Notes under the pieces: generated by a model | Seen by the model: the letters and a program-made list of their open reading frames with translations, nothing else | The model's database searches: none | What the model was told of the DNA's origin: nothing | Program-made: the position numbers and the translations under genes | Shown here: positions 9,471-24,400 of the stretch, in pieces | How positions within the stretch are numbered: position 1 is the stretch's first letter | How the letters are laid out: each line of letters begins with the position of its first letter | Assembly: GCA_039621445.1 (NCBI GenBank) | Contig: CP154954.1 | Location: 32,326,012 to 32,390,011 of the forward strand | Source of the DNA: Euglena gracilis | Taxonomy: Eukaryota | DNA length: 64,000 nucleotides | Direction of reading: 5' to 3'

Positions 9471-12400
9471 CCTGCGTGAGTGGCATTCCGTGCGCCTGCG
9501 GCGTCCCTGTCGGAGACGTGCGAGCCCAAGCCTGGCCCGGGGCCGCCCCCAACCCGGAAGGTCTCCGACTGGGGGCAGGCCCGCCCTTTTTGGAGACAGC
9601 GCTGCTCCTCCCCCTTTACCCTCTACCCCCAGAGGGAAAGGCCCGGCCTGGCGGGGAGCAGGCCATCATCCAGACGGTGAAGGTCCATTTCGAGGACGCG
9701 GCACGGGACGGCGCCACCGCCGTGGGCCGCATCGCGGAGACGGCGCGGCGGCTGCAGTCGGGCCCCGCGGAGCTGACGGCGCCCCGCATCATCTTCCACC
9801 TCGCCCAGCGGTGTGGCGCGCCTCTCTCCCCGAGGGGCACCGTGGCGCAGTCATTTCGGGCCATCACAAACCCCTCCAAAACTCTTTATCAGCCCCCCGT
9901 TTGACGGTGGCCGCATGGCTGGTTCATCTCTGGGCGCTGAATTTGCAGCCGCATGGAGTTCATCATGGGAATCCCAGAATGGTGGCCTGTTAGTCCCCCA
10001 AGCCTCTTGAAATGGCCGCCTGGTTGCCTGCAATATTTCGCCATACTCAATCAAAAGTGGTCGATAATGGCGCGAGGACAAGAGACAAACGGAATAACCC
10101 CCAGAGCATAGGTAGTTCATACAGTACAAAGGGAAAGGGGTTTTATTTGCAGGAGGGCATTGGTCGGTACCAGCACCTGGAACTCAGTAATCATCGAAGC
10201 TTTTTGTTTTTGTGTCGAACACGTTAGATTTCTTTCATACCGCAGGTTTCTGTGCGCCATCCTGTCGTACATCCATACATTCAGAATCCCCTGGCACCTA
10301 AACAAACTTAATTAGGTGCACGCGCGCGCGCACACACACGTCAAGAACAAAAGAAGGAGCCTGAACCCGTTGAACATTTGTTCACATCTCTGGGAGCGAT
10401 TAAACCCCCCCCCCAAATGGTATTGCACCCGCAGCTCTATTGGACGGCCGCCTCCGGCGGGGGGGGGGGGGTGCAGCACTATTTGGACCCGCAGCACTAT
10501 TGGACTGGGTGCCTCTTAGTCCCGGCCTATCACCACAGGCACCCTATTTGTCTGCTCAATGTCCTTCTCTGAGGCTAGTGAGGTCGTGTGGTTCATCTTC
10601 GGACGACTTTTGTGAGTTGCTTGGGTGGGAATTTGCCCCCTTTCCCCTCTCTGCGGATAAAAAAAGGTGCCTGCAGTAGGCTGCACCAGCTTCTACGCAT
10701 TTCACATTGCTGTGATTTGGGGGGGGGTGCAGCACTATTGGACGCTCGCTTCATCCGGCAGGGGGTGCAGCACTATTTGGACCCGCAGCTCTATTGGCCC
10801 CGCAGCACTATTAGGGGGGGTTTACGTGTTTTTTCCTGGCAAACAAATTCGCACCAGCTTTACCAACCCAAAGCCAAGCTCCAGAACATTTTCATTTGGA
10901 GTTGTCTCCCCCTCAAGCATGGAAGGTTGACAGAGGAGTGCTTGAACCGTTGTGTTCTGCAAACATGCCACGGACGGCACCGAACACCCCAACCACACCC
11001 TAGCACACACCACAACCCCATGCACACAGGTGTGGGAGTGCAGGTTTCCCATCCCCTCCTTCCCCTGGGGACGCTGGCGGCAGGGAAGGGCGACCTCCGC
11101 AGCATGCAGGGCTACGCCTCCATCCTGCGGGAGGTCGGGGCGCAGGTGGTGTACGCCGGCGCGGCGGTGGCGATCATCGTGCAGTCCCACGCCCTACCCT
11201 ACCTGGCAGCCAGGGCCCCCGGGGGCATACAGACATTATATGGCGCACTCAGTGTGCAGGAGGGGGTCAGGCTTCTTTTTAATTTGGAAGAACCTCCGCC
11301 GGGGGGGGTCCAGTTACCGCCGGCCATAAACAGACAAGAGGCCTTGTGCAACCGAGGGGGGTCCATGTCCAGAGCATAAATTCATTTAACACCTGTGTGA
11401 CCCCCCCCCCTGGGAGGGTTTTGAGAGTGGGTGGGTGGGTTGGGACCCCAGGACCACCCTGGGGTGGGGTGCGCCATGGGTCAGGTTTTGTATGGCCAAA
11501 TGCCGGGCCAGAAAAATTTTTCCCAGCAATTTCGGCCGATTTTGGCTGGAATTTGGGGGTGTGGGTTTTCGAAAAAGTGCATGGGTGGGTTTGGGCCCGG
11601 GAAAAGGTGCCCCCCCCCCCCCGGTGAAATCTGTGGTCCTGAGGCAGGGGATCTGGGAGGAGTTCAGGGATTGGTGCTCATCCTGAAACAGATAACTGCG
11701 GATAATTACGGATAACTACCGATAAGTCTGAAATCCCCAAATACGGGTAACTCTGGACACCTACGGATAACCACGGATGAACCAGAACTTCAAATACGGA
11801 TAACTGCAGACAATTATAGATAACTGCGGATAAGCCAAACGTTCACCAGTGGAAACAGAAGCCTGGCGGGGGTAAAATTTTCCTCTTCTTTTTTTGTAGT
11901 TTAATTCCTGTGAAATTTGCTTTTCTTTTTGTTTATCGGTCTCTTTCGGGGTCATCTCTGCTGTTAGAAATGAAAACAAAAGTGTCATGTGGTTCAAAGG
12001 CCAAAAATTGCTTTGTTGATTGTTATTCGCGAGGTGCGGAGGGAAAAGTGGTGCAGCCCCCCATTCCTTGGAAGAAAATGGTACACCACAGCATGTTCGT
12101 GGGAGGGGATTGCTTGTGGGGGCACCAATACCTTCCCTGGGCAGGGAACACCCAGCCCCGGAGCCAGGGTTCGACAAAAGGAGGGCGTACGTGGTTCAGG
12201 TGGTGAGCCCTCTTGGACCATAGGGAGGGTCCGGACCATACCATTGCTTAACACCTGTCCCACCCCACTCCCGGGGGGGGGGGGGTAACTGACTGGTTTT
12301 TTCAGAGTGACTGACTGATTTTTTTGGCCAAGAGCCCCCCCCCCCGGGGATGGGGTAGACCCGAAAATGGGAAAGTGGCTGGCCCGGCGCCGAAGGCGCC

Positions 12401-15400
12401 GGAATTTTTTTGGATTTTTTGAGGCTTTTTGGCCAATTTTCATTGCCTCCTGAAGAGTGGCCGATCCCCCCGGGGGTGGGGGGGTAAAGTGACTGACTGG
12501 TTTTTTTCGGAAAAAGTGACCCCCTCTCCCCCCGGGGGTCGCTAAGCAATGGTATGGTCCGGACCCCCTCTTACCTGCCAAGGGGGGTCCGGACCCACCT
12601 TGGGGGGGGTACCCGGAACCCCCAAAAAGGTCAAACTTTTCTGCCTCTTGAGCTGAAGATTTTTGGCCTTTTTGACAAGTTTTTGCCCAATGAGTGTCCA
12701 AAATGGCATTTTTGGTGGTCTTGGGGGCCGAAAATCGGTCACCCAGACCGCGCCACTGCTCAGGTGGGGTGGGGGTGTCCCCCCTCCCCTGCTGGACAGG
12801 AGGGGGGTCCAACCCACCCCCCCACCTACCCTTAGATTGAAGCCTGCCCAGAGCCCTGCAACCGAACCCCCTGGTCCTGCTGGGGCCATATTACTGGCGA
12901 CTGTTGCCCAGGCTGAGGATGTCGGGAACTTGCGTATTTATTTTGCGGTGATGCACATGTGCAGATGCACACAACCCCGGCAAACATTCATCCACAGAGT
13001 AACCTCTCTGGCGATGGCTGCCAGTCACCACGACTGCCATTTTTTCCATTAAATGCACCACTGATCCATCCCCCCCCCGCAAATTTATACCCCAAATCAC
13101 ATCCAGGAACATATTTAAGTTGGGGAAGATGGGGGCATCATATTAATATCATTTGTTTTTTGTTTGTTTGTTTTAAAAAAAAAATAGCAAACTCAAGAAA
13201 AGTCGTATTTTTTGCTCAATTTCTTATTCGCCCCCCCCCCCGCCTGCCCCCGTACGCCGGGGTCCGCAAGACGGAGGGGGACCGGGCGGCGGATGCCCTG
13301 CCAGCCGCCCTGCCCGCCACCGCCGCCGCCGTGGGCTGCTTCGCCGTGACCGCCGTCGCCCAGCAGCTGCTGACGGTGGAGGCCCTGCTGGGTGCCCTCA
13401 GCGCCGCCCTGGTGTGCCACCCCCCCCCCCGCCGGTGCCGGCCCTCCCCCCCCCCCGCAACGCAGTGCTCACTCCCAGTTCCGTGAATTCCCCGACGTGC
13501 CACTTGGACGACAGAAAGCAGGGCGGTGCCGGCATGGATGCTGCCAGTCTTCGTCAGCCATCGTCCAAACACATGCTTTTTTCCCGGCACACCTGTGTCC
13601 GACCAAGGGTCCAGCATAAAGCCTCCTTTAGTTTTCTGGGCATTTTCTGCGTTCCGCCTTTGAAGTCCCGGATTTCCAGGCAAGGAGTGGAGTTCTCACG
13701 AAGCGCAATCAGAGGCAAACTGCCCCCAAGCACAGGCTCCCCCAATGGATTCAGAGCCAGACCGACGGAGGGCATTCCCTTTTCCGCCCGGACCCCCATT
13801 GTGCAGGAGGAATTCGCGCACTGCAACCTGTCCGACCAGCCAGCCATGGCCCTCGACGTTCTCCGCGGCGTCCTCCTCCTCCTCCCCTGCGTGTTGCACT
13901 GCCCGGTCAAGCCCAGCTCGGCGGTCCTGCCGCAGGTGTTGCCAGGGCCATGGGGATGACTGGGGGTGTTGCGGTTGTTGTGTTGTGTCCTCGCACCTGT
14001 CTGCTGATGGCGCCTGTGTTTTTTCTCGGAATCCAAACGGAATCAATGCAATTCCATTGTAATGTTCAGATGTCAGGATCAGAGTGGGGTGGTATTTAGA
14101 ATGTCGGAGGACGTTTTATTTGGTCACATTTAGAGTTATGCCTGGACCAGAATCTGACAGGGAAATTGCTCACCTATAAGAGTCCCCAGCAGAGATTTTT
14201 TTAAGTTTCATGACCTGGGGTTGATGGGTCCTGGTTGTGGTTTTCTTCTATTTTCGGCTCAAAGTGCCGAAAAAAAATTTGGACCTCAAAATTGACCCCT
14301 CCAATAGTGGGTGGGTGGGTCTGGACCCCCCCGGGTCCGGAGGAAACCTCTGGTCCCCAGACATGCTGGGGTTGCATAGAATTTAGTCCAATTTTGTGTT
14401 TTAAGTTGTTGCATAATGAAATGTAAGTGTGCAATTGGGCAATCGACCGTGCCACTGCAAAGCTTTGCACCATTCTTGCTCTTGGTGTGTCATTTTTTTT
14501 GTTTTAGGGTTTGTTTTTTGAAAAAAGCGTGCAGGATATTATTGCTTTTTTCCTCATTCTGTGTCCCTTGGGAAAAAATGTTATTGATTGTTTCAAATAT
14601 GCTCTATTGAAAATGTTTCTAAGGCAGCCATTGATTTAACGACCTCCCCCCTTGGGTGGGTCGTCAAGTCCGTCCAGGGGGGTCAAAAATTTTTGTGTTA
14701 TTGATGGGTTAGGAAACAGGCCTAATTTTTGGCCTAACTTGTACACCTGACACCAATCTTTTAGTCAGGCCTAAAGTTAGGCCTCACTCCTGGCCCTAAC
14801 CCAATTCCGTCAATAACTCAAATTTTTTGGCGGCTTAACGACCTCGGGGGGGGGGGGTCGTTAAGTCAATGGCTGCCGTTTCTAAGTCCTCTCCAACCAA
14901 GTCTACATCCCAGAGAGGTCCTAAAGGAATTACAACTTGCTTTTTTTTGCATTTTTGGAGTGCATATTTTGAGATACTTTGTGGCATTTTCTCCCCCTGC
15001 TTATTGTGTTGGGGGCACGTCTAAGCAATTGTGAAGTGATGCTTAATTCTAATGGAGGTGCATTCGGAGTCATCCGTTCAGTCTGGTAAGTGTGGGTAGG
15101 TGTCTGAGGCAGGGCTTCGCTTGAGCTGAAGGGAACCCCACTCCCCACAATGGGGGGGGGGGGAGGCCAGACAGCCAGCCAGCCTTTTTTCCAGTCTCTC
15201 CCCCCTCGTCGATGATTGCATTTTTTTCCTGTCTATCCGCATGAAGGGCGGCTGGATGGTGACAAATTTTTGGCTTGCCGGTGCAAAAATGGGCTAAAAA
15301 GATCAGCATAAAATGGTTTTAAGAATAAGGCAGGTCAAAATTTTGGTTACAACGTCCATTTTTTTCACATCATTTGCAGTTTTGGGGCATTTTTGTGCAG

Positions 15401-18400
15401 TTTCAATTTTTCGGTGCCCGGTTCTGCCAGGGGAAAGTGGGGGGGGGTCAGCCACGGCCTTTTCCAGCCAGTCCAAAATTTCCAGCCTCTGACCTGGATC
15501 TCCCCCTGGAGGTTTCGTTTGGAGACGCCGTGGTCTGAGGTTATGGTTGGTGTTTGTGGACAGGAGGAGGTATGGATGTGTGTGAGATGTGCGGGGGTGG
15601 TACTACTCCCCCCCACGCTTGGGCCCTGCCCCGGCCCTGCCCGTGGCCGCTGCCCCGCACCCACCGCGCCTGGACCGCCTCCCTGGAGGAGGACTACGCC
15701 TGCTATGCCGAGGCGCTGGCCGCCAGCCTCGCCCGCCACCCGCCCACCACCGCCGCCCTCTCCCGCCCCGCCCCCAGCTCAGCCCGCACCTTGCCAGACC
15801 CCCGCCAGCCAACGGCCCCCACACCCCCACCTGGTAGGTCACACACGGGGTGTGACCTGTGTGTGACCACTGCCCCCCACAACCCAGCCACAGCGCCTCA
15901 CACATGCCTCCGTGTGCACCCATGTGGGCCGGGGCCGGCCCAGAGGGGGGCGGGCCGCACCTGCTGGCGCTGCTTGGCCGGCTGTGGGCGCAGTGCTCCA
16001 CGGTGCCGGCGCTGCAGCCCACGGCGGCCGTGGTCGAGGAGGTGCTGGAGGCGGCGCTGGCCTCGGGCCAGGGCTGACCGGGGATCCCGGCACCCGGATG
16101 GGGGGCATGTGTGGTCAGACCACCTCCCCACCTACTTGGTGGGGGAGGGTCGACCCCCCCAAAAGTAGGGAGGGTTAATATACAAGTATACATATGTGTG
16201 TGTGCTTGAATGCATGTATGTATGTGTGTATGTATGTATGTATGTATGTATGTATGTATGTATGTATGTATGTATGTATGTATGTATGTATGTTTGTTTG
16301 TATGTATGTATGTATGTATGTATGTATGTATGTATGTCTGTATGTATGTATGTATGTCTGTATGTATGTATGTATGTGTGTGTATGTATGTATGTATGTA
16401 TGTATGTGTGTGTGCGTATGTATATAATACCCGTGGCGTTTTGTGACGTCTGGTTTTCCCTTCATTGCACTTTTTCATTTTGCCCATGGGCATGTGTTCC
16501 CCCCCGCCACCAAGCCGTCCCATGCAGCCCTGCTTTTGGCCCCCTCGTGCAGCGGCTCCTGGCCAAGGGCTCACTCCCCCGGGACCCCAGGGTGGGGCTG
16601 GGGAGGGGAGGCACGGCGTGGGTGGCTGGATGTGCCCTGGGGGGGGTCCCCCGGTCGGACGGCGCTCACACTCACACGGCTTCGCCCGTCAGTCAGTTCA
16701 CAGTTCAGGATCAGTGCGCCCCTGTCCCCAGCCCAGCACCACTACCACCCGGCCGGGCTCACCCGCGACGTGTTCCCGGCGTCCTGCATGCGTGTCCGCT
16801 GCCCGGCAGCCCGTGCGTGCCGTGAACCGTTGGTGCGAGAACTGAGCCGGCTGGGCCTGGTTGGTACCCCCAAAAAGGCAAAAAGTCCAAATGCAGCCGG
16901 GTTCTCATTTTTTCAGTCAAAATTTGGAGGTGAAAAACCAAAACCCGCTCAAAAAATGCCATTTTGGAAATATTGACCCCTTTTTTAAATTTTGCTTCGC
17001 CGGGTGGCTGGTTGGCAGGCCCAAGTGTTGTTTCAGTGGATCCCCCCAGAGGGGGGCGATGCTCAGGTGGGAGCTGCTGATGGGGAAAAAAGGTGCTGCT
17101 GGAGTGACCCAACCTGGGGTTGGGTCACCTCCGGCTTCAGAATCAAAAACCCCTGGCCCCAATTCTCCTTTGAAAAAAATCAAGCGGTGCAAAAATCCAA
17201 ATTCTCAGAGGTTGGAAAATGCAAGTTGCCCCCCCCCCTTTGGAGGACCCAGTTCAGGCAATCGGCTAGACCCCCCCCCCTGGATCCTCCAACCTGGGGA
17301 AACTGGGGTCCAGCCAGCACCTTTTTCCAGCCGGCCTCAAGAAAGTCATTAAGAAAACCCCTGTTGGGGCAGGGTGAGGAGGGTGTCACAGCTATGGGGA
17401 GCGCTCCAGAGGGTAGGGCCCCCCCTCCTGGACTGAGGGGGTCCGCCCCTCCCCACCTGTCAAGCGGGTCAAAAACCCACCAAAGAGCTCAATTTTTCCT
17501 TTTCTTTTGGCAATTTCTCAATTCCCTTTTTTTTTGGCAATTTTGACAAATTCTGTCAAAATTGCCAATAAGGTGGTCCGAACAGCCTCAACCAAAAGGT
17601 CAAATTTTGGGAAATGCCATTACATGACCCGATATTTGGGGTCCCCCCTGGGGCGTCCCACGCAGGGCTGGGTAGGTTGGAGGTGTCTTAAAAAAGAGCC
17701 TGGTGTGGGTGTGGGTGTGGGCAGGTTACAAAAAGTAAACCAGGTTTTGAATAGTGCTGAACTCTTAATGTTTGCATGCGGATGTGTGCAATAAAGGGAC
17801 GGGAATAAAGTTTGAATGTTTAGGGTTTGCTGGGCACCTCTGGAGCGTTCCTATGGCTTTGTTTTAGGTCGCTGCACATTTTTTGAGAAATTTTGGGGAC
17901 ATCGATCGATTTTTTTGACCCAAAAAATGACCAAAGACAGCAGAGGCGGAAGCATGCCTCACTGTATTAGATTTTAAATCGGCCATATCTCAGGCTAGGT
18001 GGAGAAATCAAAATACCGTTAGATCGAGCATTCTTAAGGGCTTCAATTTAGGTCTCCAAACATTTTGCTTGATTTTGCTCCATTTTCGAGATATTTTGCA
18101 TTTCCGCGATTCTTTGGGCCAAAACAGCCCGAAAAAGGCCCGAAATGGGCCGGAAATTGGGCAGGAAGGGAGTTGCAAAAAAAATTGACCACAAGGACAT
18201 ATGCATTCCTAGCTTTAATTTTAGGTCGCAGACGTTTCCTTTGATTCCCACCATTTTTGAGAAATTTTGGGGGAGATGTTTTGATCCAAAAATGGCGGAA
18301 AACGGCGAAAAGAGGCGGACGCTGTGTTGGACCGTAAATCGGCCATATCTAAGGCGAGGCGGGGGGTTACAGGGAAATAGAAATACTGGTACATTAGTCA

Positions 18401-21400
18401 CTTTAAGGGATTCAATTTAGATCTCAGACATTTTGCTTGATTTTGCTTCATTCTGCAGATGATTGGTATTTCGCGATTTTTGGCCAAAATGGCCGGAAAA
18501 TGGCCCTTGGGCCAGGGAGGGAGGTGGCAAAAAATTACGTACAGACATATGGAGCGTTCCTAGGGCTTTAGTTTAGGTCGCCGGATATTTCCATTGATTC
18601 CCCACCATTTTTAGGAATTTGGGGGAATCAATTTTTTAACCCCAAAAGACCGAAAACCGGCAAAGTCAAAAGCATGCCTCGCTGTTTCGGGCCGTAAATC
18701 GGCCATATCTCAGACTGGCAGGGAAACCAAAATACCGTTAGATCGGCTTTAGGTCTCCAGACATTTTGCTTGATTTTGCTTCATTTTCGAGATATTTGGC
18801 ATTTCCGTGCTTTTTTTTGGACCCAAAAATGGCCCGAAAAGTGGCTGTTTCTCAGGCCACCCGGGGATGTGAGAAAACCAAAAATACGGTTAGATGCCGT
18901 GTTCTGAGGGCTTTATTTGATGTTCAAACATTTTCTTTCATTTTACTTCATTTTCGAGATATTTGGAAAATTTTATTTTTTTGGCCCGGTTTGTCCCCCC
19001 CAAAAAAACAGGCCAAAATCGGCCGAAAACGCGCCAAAAAACGAGGCTGCAGAATGGGGGCATAATTTTGGCCATCCGTGGAGTCACTGGGAAAGCCAGA
19101 TATTGTTGGATAGAGCGTCGCACGGGCTTGAATTCTTCCACTGGCCCCCTTTGGACGACTCGGCGTTCTTGGGGAGTTATTTCCAAAATACACATTTTCT
19201 TGCTGGCAGATAGACACTGTTTTATGGTCCCTTTTTTGGATGTGGGCTCATTAAAACAGGCGTAATTCAGGCCAGACGCAAAATTAGGACTATAGGGGTT
19301 CGGTGGATGCGGGGGACCTTGGGGGATGAGATAACTTCCTGAGGTGGGACACCGGAAAGGTTGGTGCTCCCGAGGTTGCCCTGAGAGGGGGAGCTTCGCT
19401 CTCACCCATAAAGTGATAAGAGCTCAGCGACCCCCCAATCATAAAGCCCCCCAGGGGGTTTGGTTTTGCCACCCAAATATAAAGCCCCTCCTGATACCAG
19501 ACAATGGTGTCATTCAGGAAAGGGTAAAAAATTTGGGGGTGCAGCATCTTTTTTTCGCCAGAAATGCTCCATTTTTTTGGATAAAATTGCACATTTTGGG
19601 TGAAATAGGAGGCACACATCAAAATTTTGGCATGAATTTGGTATTTGACTGCAGTTAAAGGCCACCAACGTTTTTATAGCCCACCCAGAAAAGTTTGATG
19701 TTCACCCCCAAACACAAAGCCCCCCCCGGGGGTCTTGAAATCCCGCCCGAATATATCTCCGGGGGGGGGGGCTTTATATTTGGGGGGGTTACCCAGCAGT
19801 GGTCCAACCGAAAATTCAGAGTCCAACTTTGTGTCAACAGCCGGCGGGGGGTGGGGGGGCGGGCAGCGCGGGCGACGCCGCCTGGCAGCGGCTGTTCGGC
19901 GTGTTCCTGCAGACGGCGTTCCGCTCCGCGGGCATCGCCGTGCCGGTGCCCCTGCCGGGCCGGGGCCGGGGCAGCAAGCCCCCCCCCCCGAAGGGGCCAG
20001 TGACTCAGTGGTTGAATGCCGGTGTCCTTGTAGATGGCGCGGTAAGATTGCGCTGCTGAGGTGGAAACTGTGCAGCGACGTAGACCCTTTGAGGGGGCTG
20101 CGGCAAATCGACGGGGCCCTCCCACCACCCCGGCATGCACAAAAGGCTGCCTCCCATGCACGAGGGGCACCGGGGGCGCCATACGGCCCCCCGGCCGCCC
20201 ATGGGTTACTGGTATTTTCAGAATGACTGACTGGTTTTGGCCCAAACCCTTCCTCCCACAGGGGGGGGGGGGGGCATTAAAGAGACCTGGCGCTGAAGGC
20301 GCTGGAAAACTTTTTGGCTTTCCCCCCCACAATTGTGGTCAATTTTGTCTTGGATCCCAGAGGCCAACAGAGTGGCCAACCCCAAGGGGGTGGTGACTGA
20401 CTGGGTTTGGTCAGAGGGGCAGTGACCCCCCTCCGAGGTCGGTATAAAAAATTTGTCCGGACAGCAGTTCCACCTTGCTCGGAGGGTGCCCTGCCGCCCG
20501 GCCAGGTCCGCAGCGCCACCTCACCGCCCGCAGTGCCGGTGTTCGACCTTCCCGGGGCCCTGGCGCTGCTGCAGGCCGTCCGCTGGCTGCCGGTGTGGCA
20601 CAGCAGCCTCGTGGGCCTGGCCCTGCCCAGGCTTTGGCCGCCGGGCCGGGAGCCCATTGCCCCGGGTCCCATCGGGGGTGCCGGGGGCGAAGGGGGCGAA
20701 GGCCTGGCCCATCTCATTGCTGTGACGCGCTGGGGCTGTTGGGGCAGCTGGAGCCGCCGCGCACGTTGGGGACGAGTCCCGGTGTGCCTGCCACAACCTG
20801 TGGAGGGACAGGACTGGATGTCTCAGCTGGCTCAAACTCGCCACCAGACGAACTGCCCCCCCCCTCAATGGGATTGCAGGTTTGATGTGGCTTTGTTGCG
20901 TCGTGGACATATTGCTCTGATTTGCGGGCGTGCAGGAACCCCAAAGGCAATTTCAATAAACTTTTGAATTCAGCAAGCAAATAATTCTCCCAAGTGCTTG
21001 TCCAATTCCAGCCTTTCCGCTTCCCCCGGGGGGCGTTGGGGACTCCAGGGGGATCTCCGCAAGTATCCCAAACATCGGAAATTTTGAAATAAATGGAAAG
21101 AAAGAAGTATCCGAAACATCGAAATAAGGTAGGCCTGATTCCGATCCAGTTGAGCCAAATTATGGACGAAATTCGGAAAATTCGGGCAAATGTGCGACTG
21201 GAAAATCTTCCAAATCGGGGACCTAACTCTCAGCCCAATTTTCTCCCCAAGTTTAACCAATTTTCGCCTCGCCGATCCAACCCTGATCCGATTCCTAAAT
21301 AGCACCCACTCGCCCGCATTCGGCGCGGTTCCATGCGCCGCAGGTTCGAAAAGTCAGAAATTTCGGAACCGGGTGCCAGCAAACACCCCCTCCCCCTGGA

Positions 21401-24400
21401 GTCCCCAAACACCCCCCCCCCCCCGTGGGGGGCTGTTTGGGGGGTTTGCTGCCATCCCGTGCAAAGCCCTGTGCGCAAACCCGTACACTAATGCTGATTT
21501 GATGTGTGTGCCTACCCCTGCACAAACCCGCACGTGCTTGGACCGATATTGGCTCTTGCCAATATCGGTGCGCAACCTTGACACAAACCTGTGCGTAAAC
21601 CAGAAATCAGTTCAGAGAAAAAGATGAAATGGAAAGCAACTTTCAAAAAAAACAACACAAATCGCATTTCTGACAAAAAATCTAAAATTCTGTGACCAAT
21701 GATATGCACAGGTTTGCGCACAGATTTGCACATGGGTTTCTGCAGGTTTACGCACCGGTTCTCAAACCCGTGCGCTAACCTGTGCACAAACCCTTGTGCA
21801 CAGGGTTTGCATATGGAGGGCGGTCCATAAGGGACAGGAAATTTGCCTTTTTTCCCCTGTTAAGGAAAAGCTTGAGGCCCAAGGGCCCAAGGGTCCGAGG
21901 GCCGAACCGGGACTGGAACGTGGTCGAAACTTAAAAAGTCGAAAAACACATTTTTTGATATTTGGCTGCTTTGGTGATGATCCATGGATGCCAGAAACCA
22001 TTTTTTCCCAACGCCTACCTGTGTTTGCTGAGAAACTCTGAATTTTCACCCATTTTTCCTGTGAAGTTTTCATTCAATTTGCTGGAATGGCCCTCAAGCC
22101 CGTAAGGCTGGAAGGCGCACAGGGAGGACCGTAAGGACCTTTTTGTGCGTATGGTTGTTTGCACAGGTTAGCTTGCAGGTTTAGCAAGCGCATGGGTTTC
22201 AGGATTGCACATGGATTAGCGGCACAGAAGTGCGCACGGATTGGTGCAGAATTTTGCGCAAGGGTTTTCCCCATGGATTTACACACGGACTTACCAGGTT
22301 TGCGCTCGGGTTTGAGCACGGGGTTGCAGACGAATTTGCGCACACATGTGTGCATGGATTTGCGCATGACTTTGTGTGTGGGTGTGCGCACGGCTTGTGC
22401 ACGGGTTGGTTGTGTGGCTTTGTGCAAGGATAATAGCCGGCTTTTGGCCCAAAGGCTGGCCAATGGCCGGTCCAGGCGTGGAACGGGGTTAAAAATTGAA
22501 AAATTCAAAACATTTTTCATTCATTGCAAAATTTGTGCCGTGGGGGATTGACGATGGTCGGAGGATGCCAGAAACCATCCCCCCCCCCTGAAGTGGACTG
22601 GTTTTTTGCCAAAATATGGCCATTTTCCGGCCGTTTTGCTTGTGGATTTTCCATTGAATGTGCTTGGACAGATAATTTTTTTCATGTTTAGGGAAAGAAT
22701 GTCTTGGCGGACGGGTTAGCATACAATGTTGTGCCCAGATTTGCACACATTCTAGCGATTTAAAAACTGATGGCAAATGGGGTTTTGAAGTTCATATTTC
22801 AGGCGAATCTGAAAGTTTTTGTCAAAATTCCATGTCAATGGAAATTTCAAGGACTAGGTCAAAAAGCTGATGAAGAATGGGTTTTTCCCTCAATGGGTTT
22901 TTTGTTGTTCCGCCCCCACCACGCCACCAGGGGGGACACAACATGTTGGGTGGGGGAGATTCCCCTCTCTCCGGGTTTACTGAGAGAAGGCTGATCCCTG
23001 CCTGCATGCTCACTTTGCAGGGCCTGCCCCATTCCCGGCGGCGGTGGTCCACATCTTGACAGAGTCCGACGAGAAGCTGTGCGACCACGCCTCAGCGTTT
23101 CCTTCCGTGGTGGGGGCCCTCTGAGCAGCGACGGGCCCTTGCCCACATGTGAGGCGTGGGGGAGCTGGTGGGGGGGGGGGGTTGTCTGTGTCTGTGTCTG
23201 TGTATATGCATGCTGTGTGTGTATATGTGTGCTGTGTGTGTATATGCGTGCTGTGTGTATATGTGTGCTGTGTGTGTATGTGTGTGTGTTGTGTGTATAT
23301 GTGTGCTGTGTGTGTATGTGTGTGCTGTGCGTGTATGTGTGTGCTGTGTGTGTCTGTGTGTGCTGTGTGTGTAAATGTGTGCTGTGTGTGTATGTGTGTG
23401 TATGTGTGCTGTGTGTATATGTGTGTGCTGTGTGTGTATATGTGTGCTGTGTGTGTATATGCGTGCTGTGTGTGTATATGCGTGCTGTGTGTATATGCGT
23501 GCTGTGTGTGTATGTGTGTGCTGTGTGTGTATATGTGTGCTGTCTGTGTATGTGTGTGCTGTGTGTGTGTGTGTGTGTTCTGGAGCTGGTGGGGGGTTTG
23601 TGGTTGGCAACGGGACAGTCGCTGCCCCCGCTGCACCGTGAAGTCGGTGCAGGCCGCACTGTGGCCCTCCTGCGCGTCGCAGCATTTTTTGGGCTCGGAC
23701 CCATACCAAAGGGTTGGCCTCCCCATGCTGGCACAAAGAGCAGGGAGGAGGGAAGGCATCGGCTGGAAAACGTGACGGGCTGTCCTACTGTGGCGTGCAA
23801 CGATCACACACAATGCCTGCATCCTTCCCATTCAGTGACTTGGTCACTGGCTGACTGGGGGTGGGTGACTGGTTTTTTCAGAGTGACTGATTTGGCTTGT
23901 CTGGGGGTTCAGCAAAACCAGCAAAGTAACCCAGCACCAAAGGTGCTGGCAAATTTTTTGATTATTTTCGCATTCATTGTCATTTTTTTCCCCTTGAGTT
24001 CCACCAACCCCCCCCCCCCCGGGAGGTTGTTGACTGGTTTTCAAAAAAAAAGTGCCTCACTGGTTTTGGAAGAGTGGAAGCGACCCCCCCCCCCAAGGGG
24101 TGAGTAAAATATTGCATGGTCTATCCCCCAGGGAGTCCAAAGCAGAGCCACAGCCCTCCGTCATCCCCACCCTCCTCCTCTCCCTGGAGCTCACCCTCAG
24201 CCAGTGCCCGGACCTGCCGCCCAAGCTGGCCCCTTCGACTGGGGACCCTGTTGCGGTTCCCCCGCCGCCCGGCGCACAGGGGGAGCCTTCCCTGGGCACC
24301 CTTGCAGCAGGGCCTTTGAGCGACGATCTATTTCGGCAAACTTTGAGTTGTGTGTTGCCTGTATTTTGATCATGCACAATTACTACCGCCGCCTCCAGCT

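Noticed and set aside
16175-23831. His/Thr/Cys/Val-repeat ORFs (also poly-His at 35535-35825)
   Set aside because: They are translations of microsatellites.
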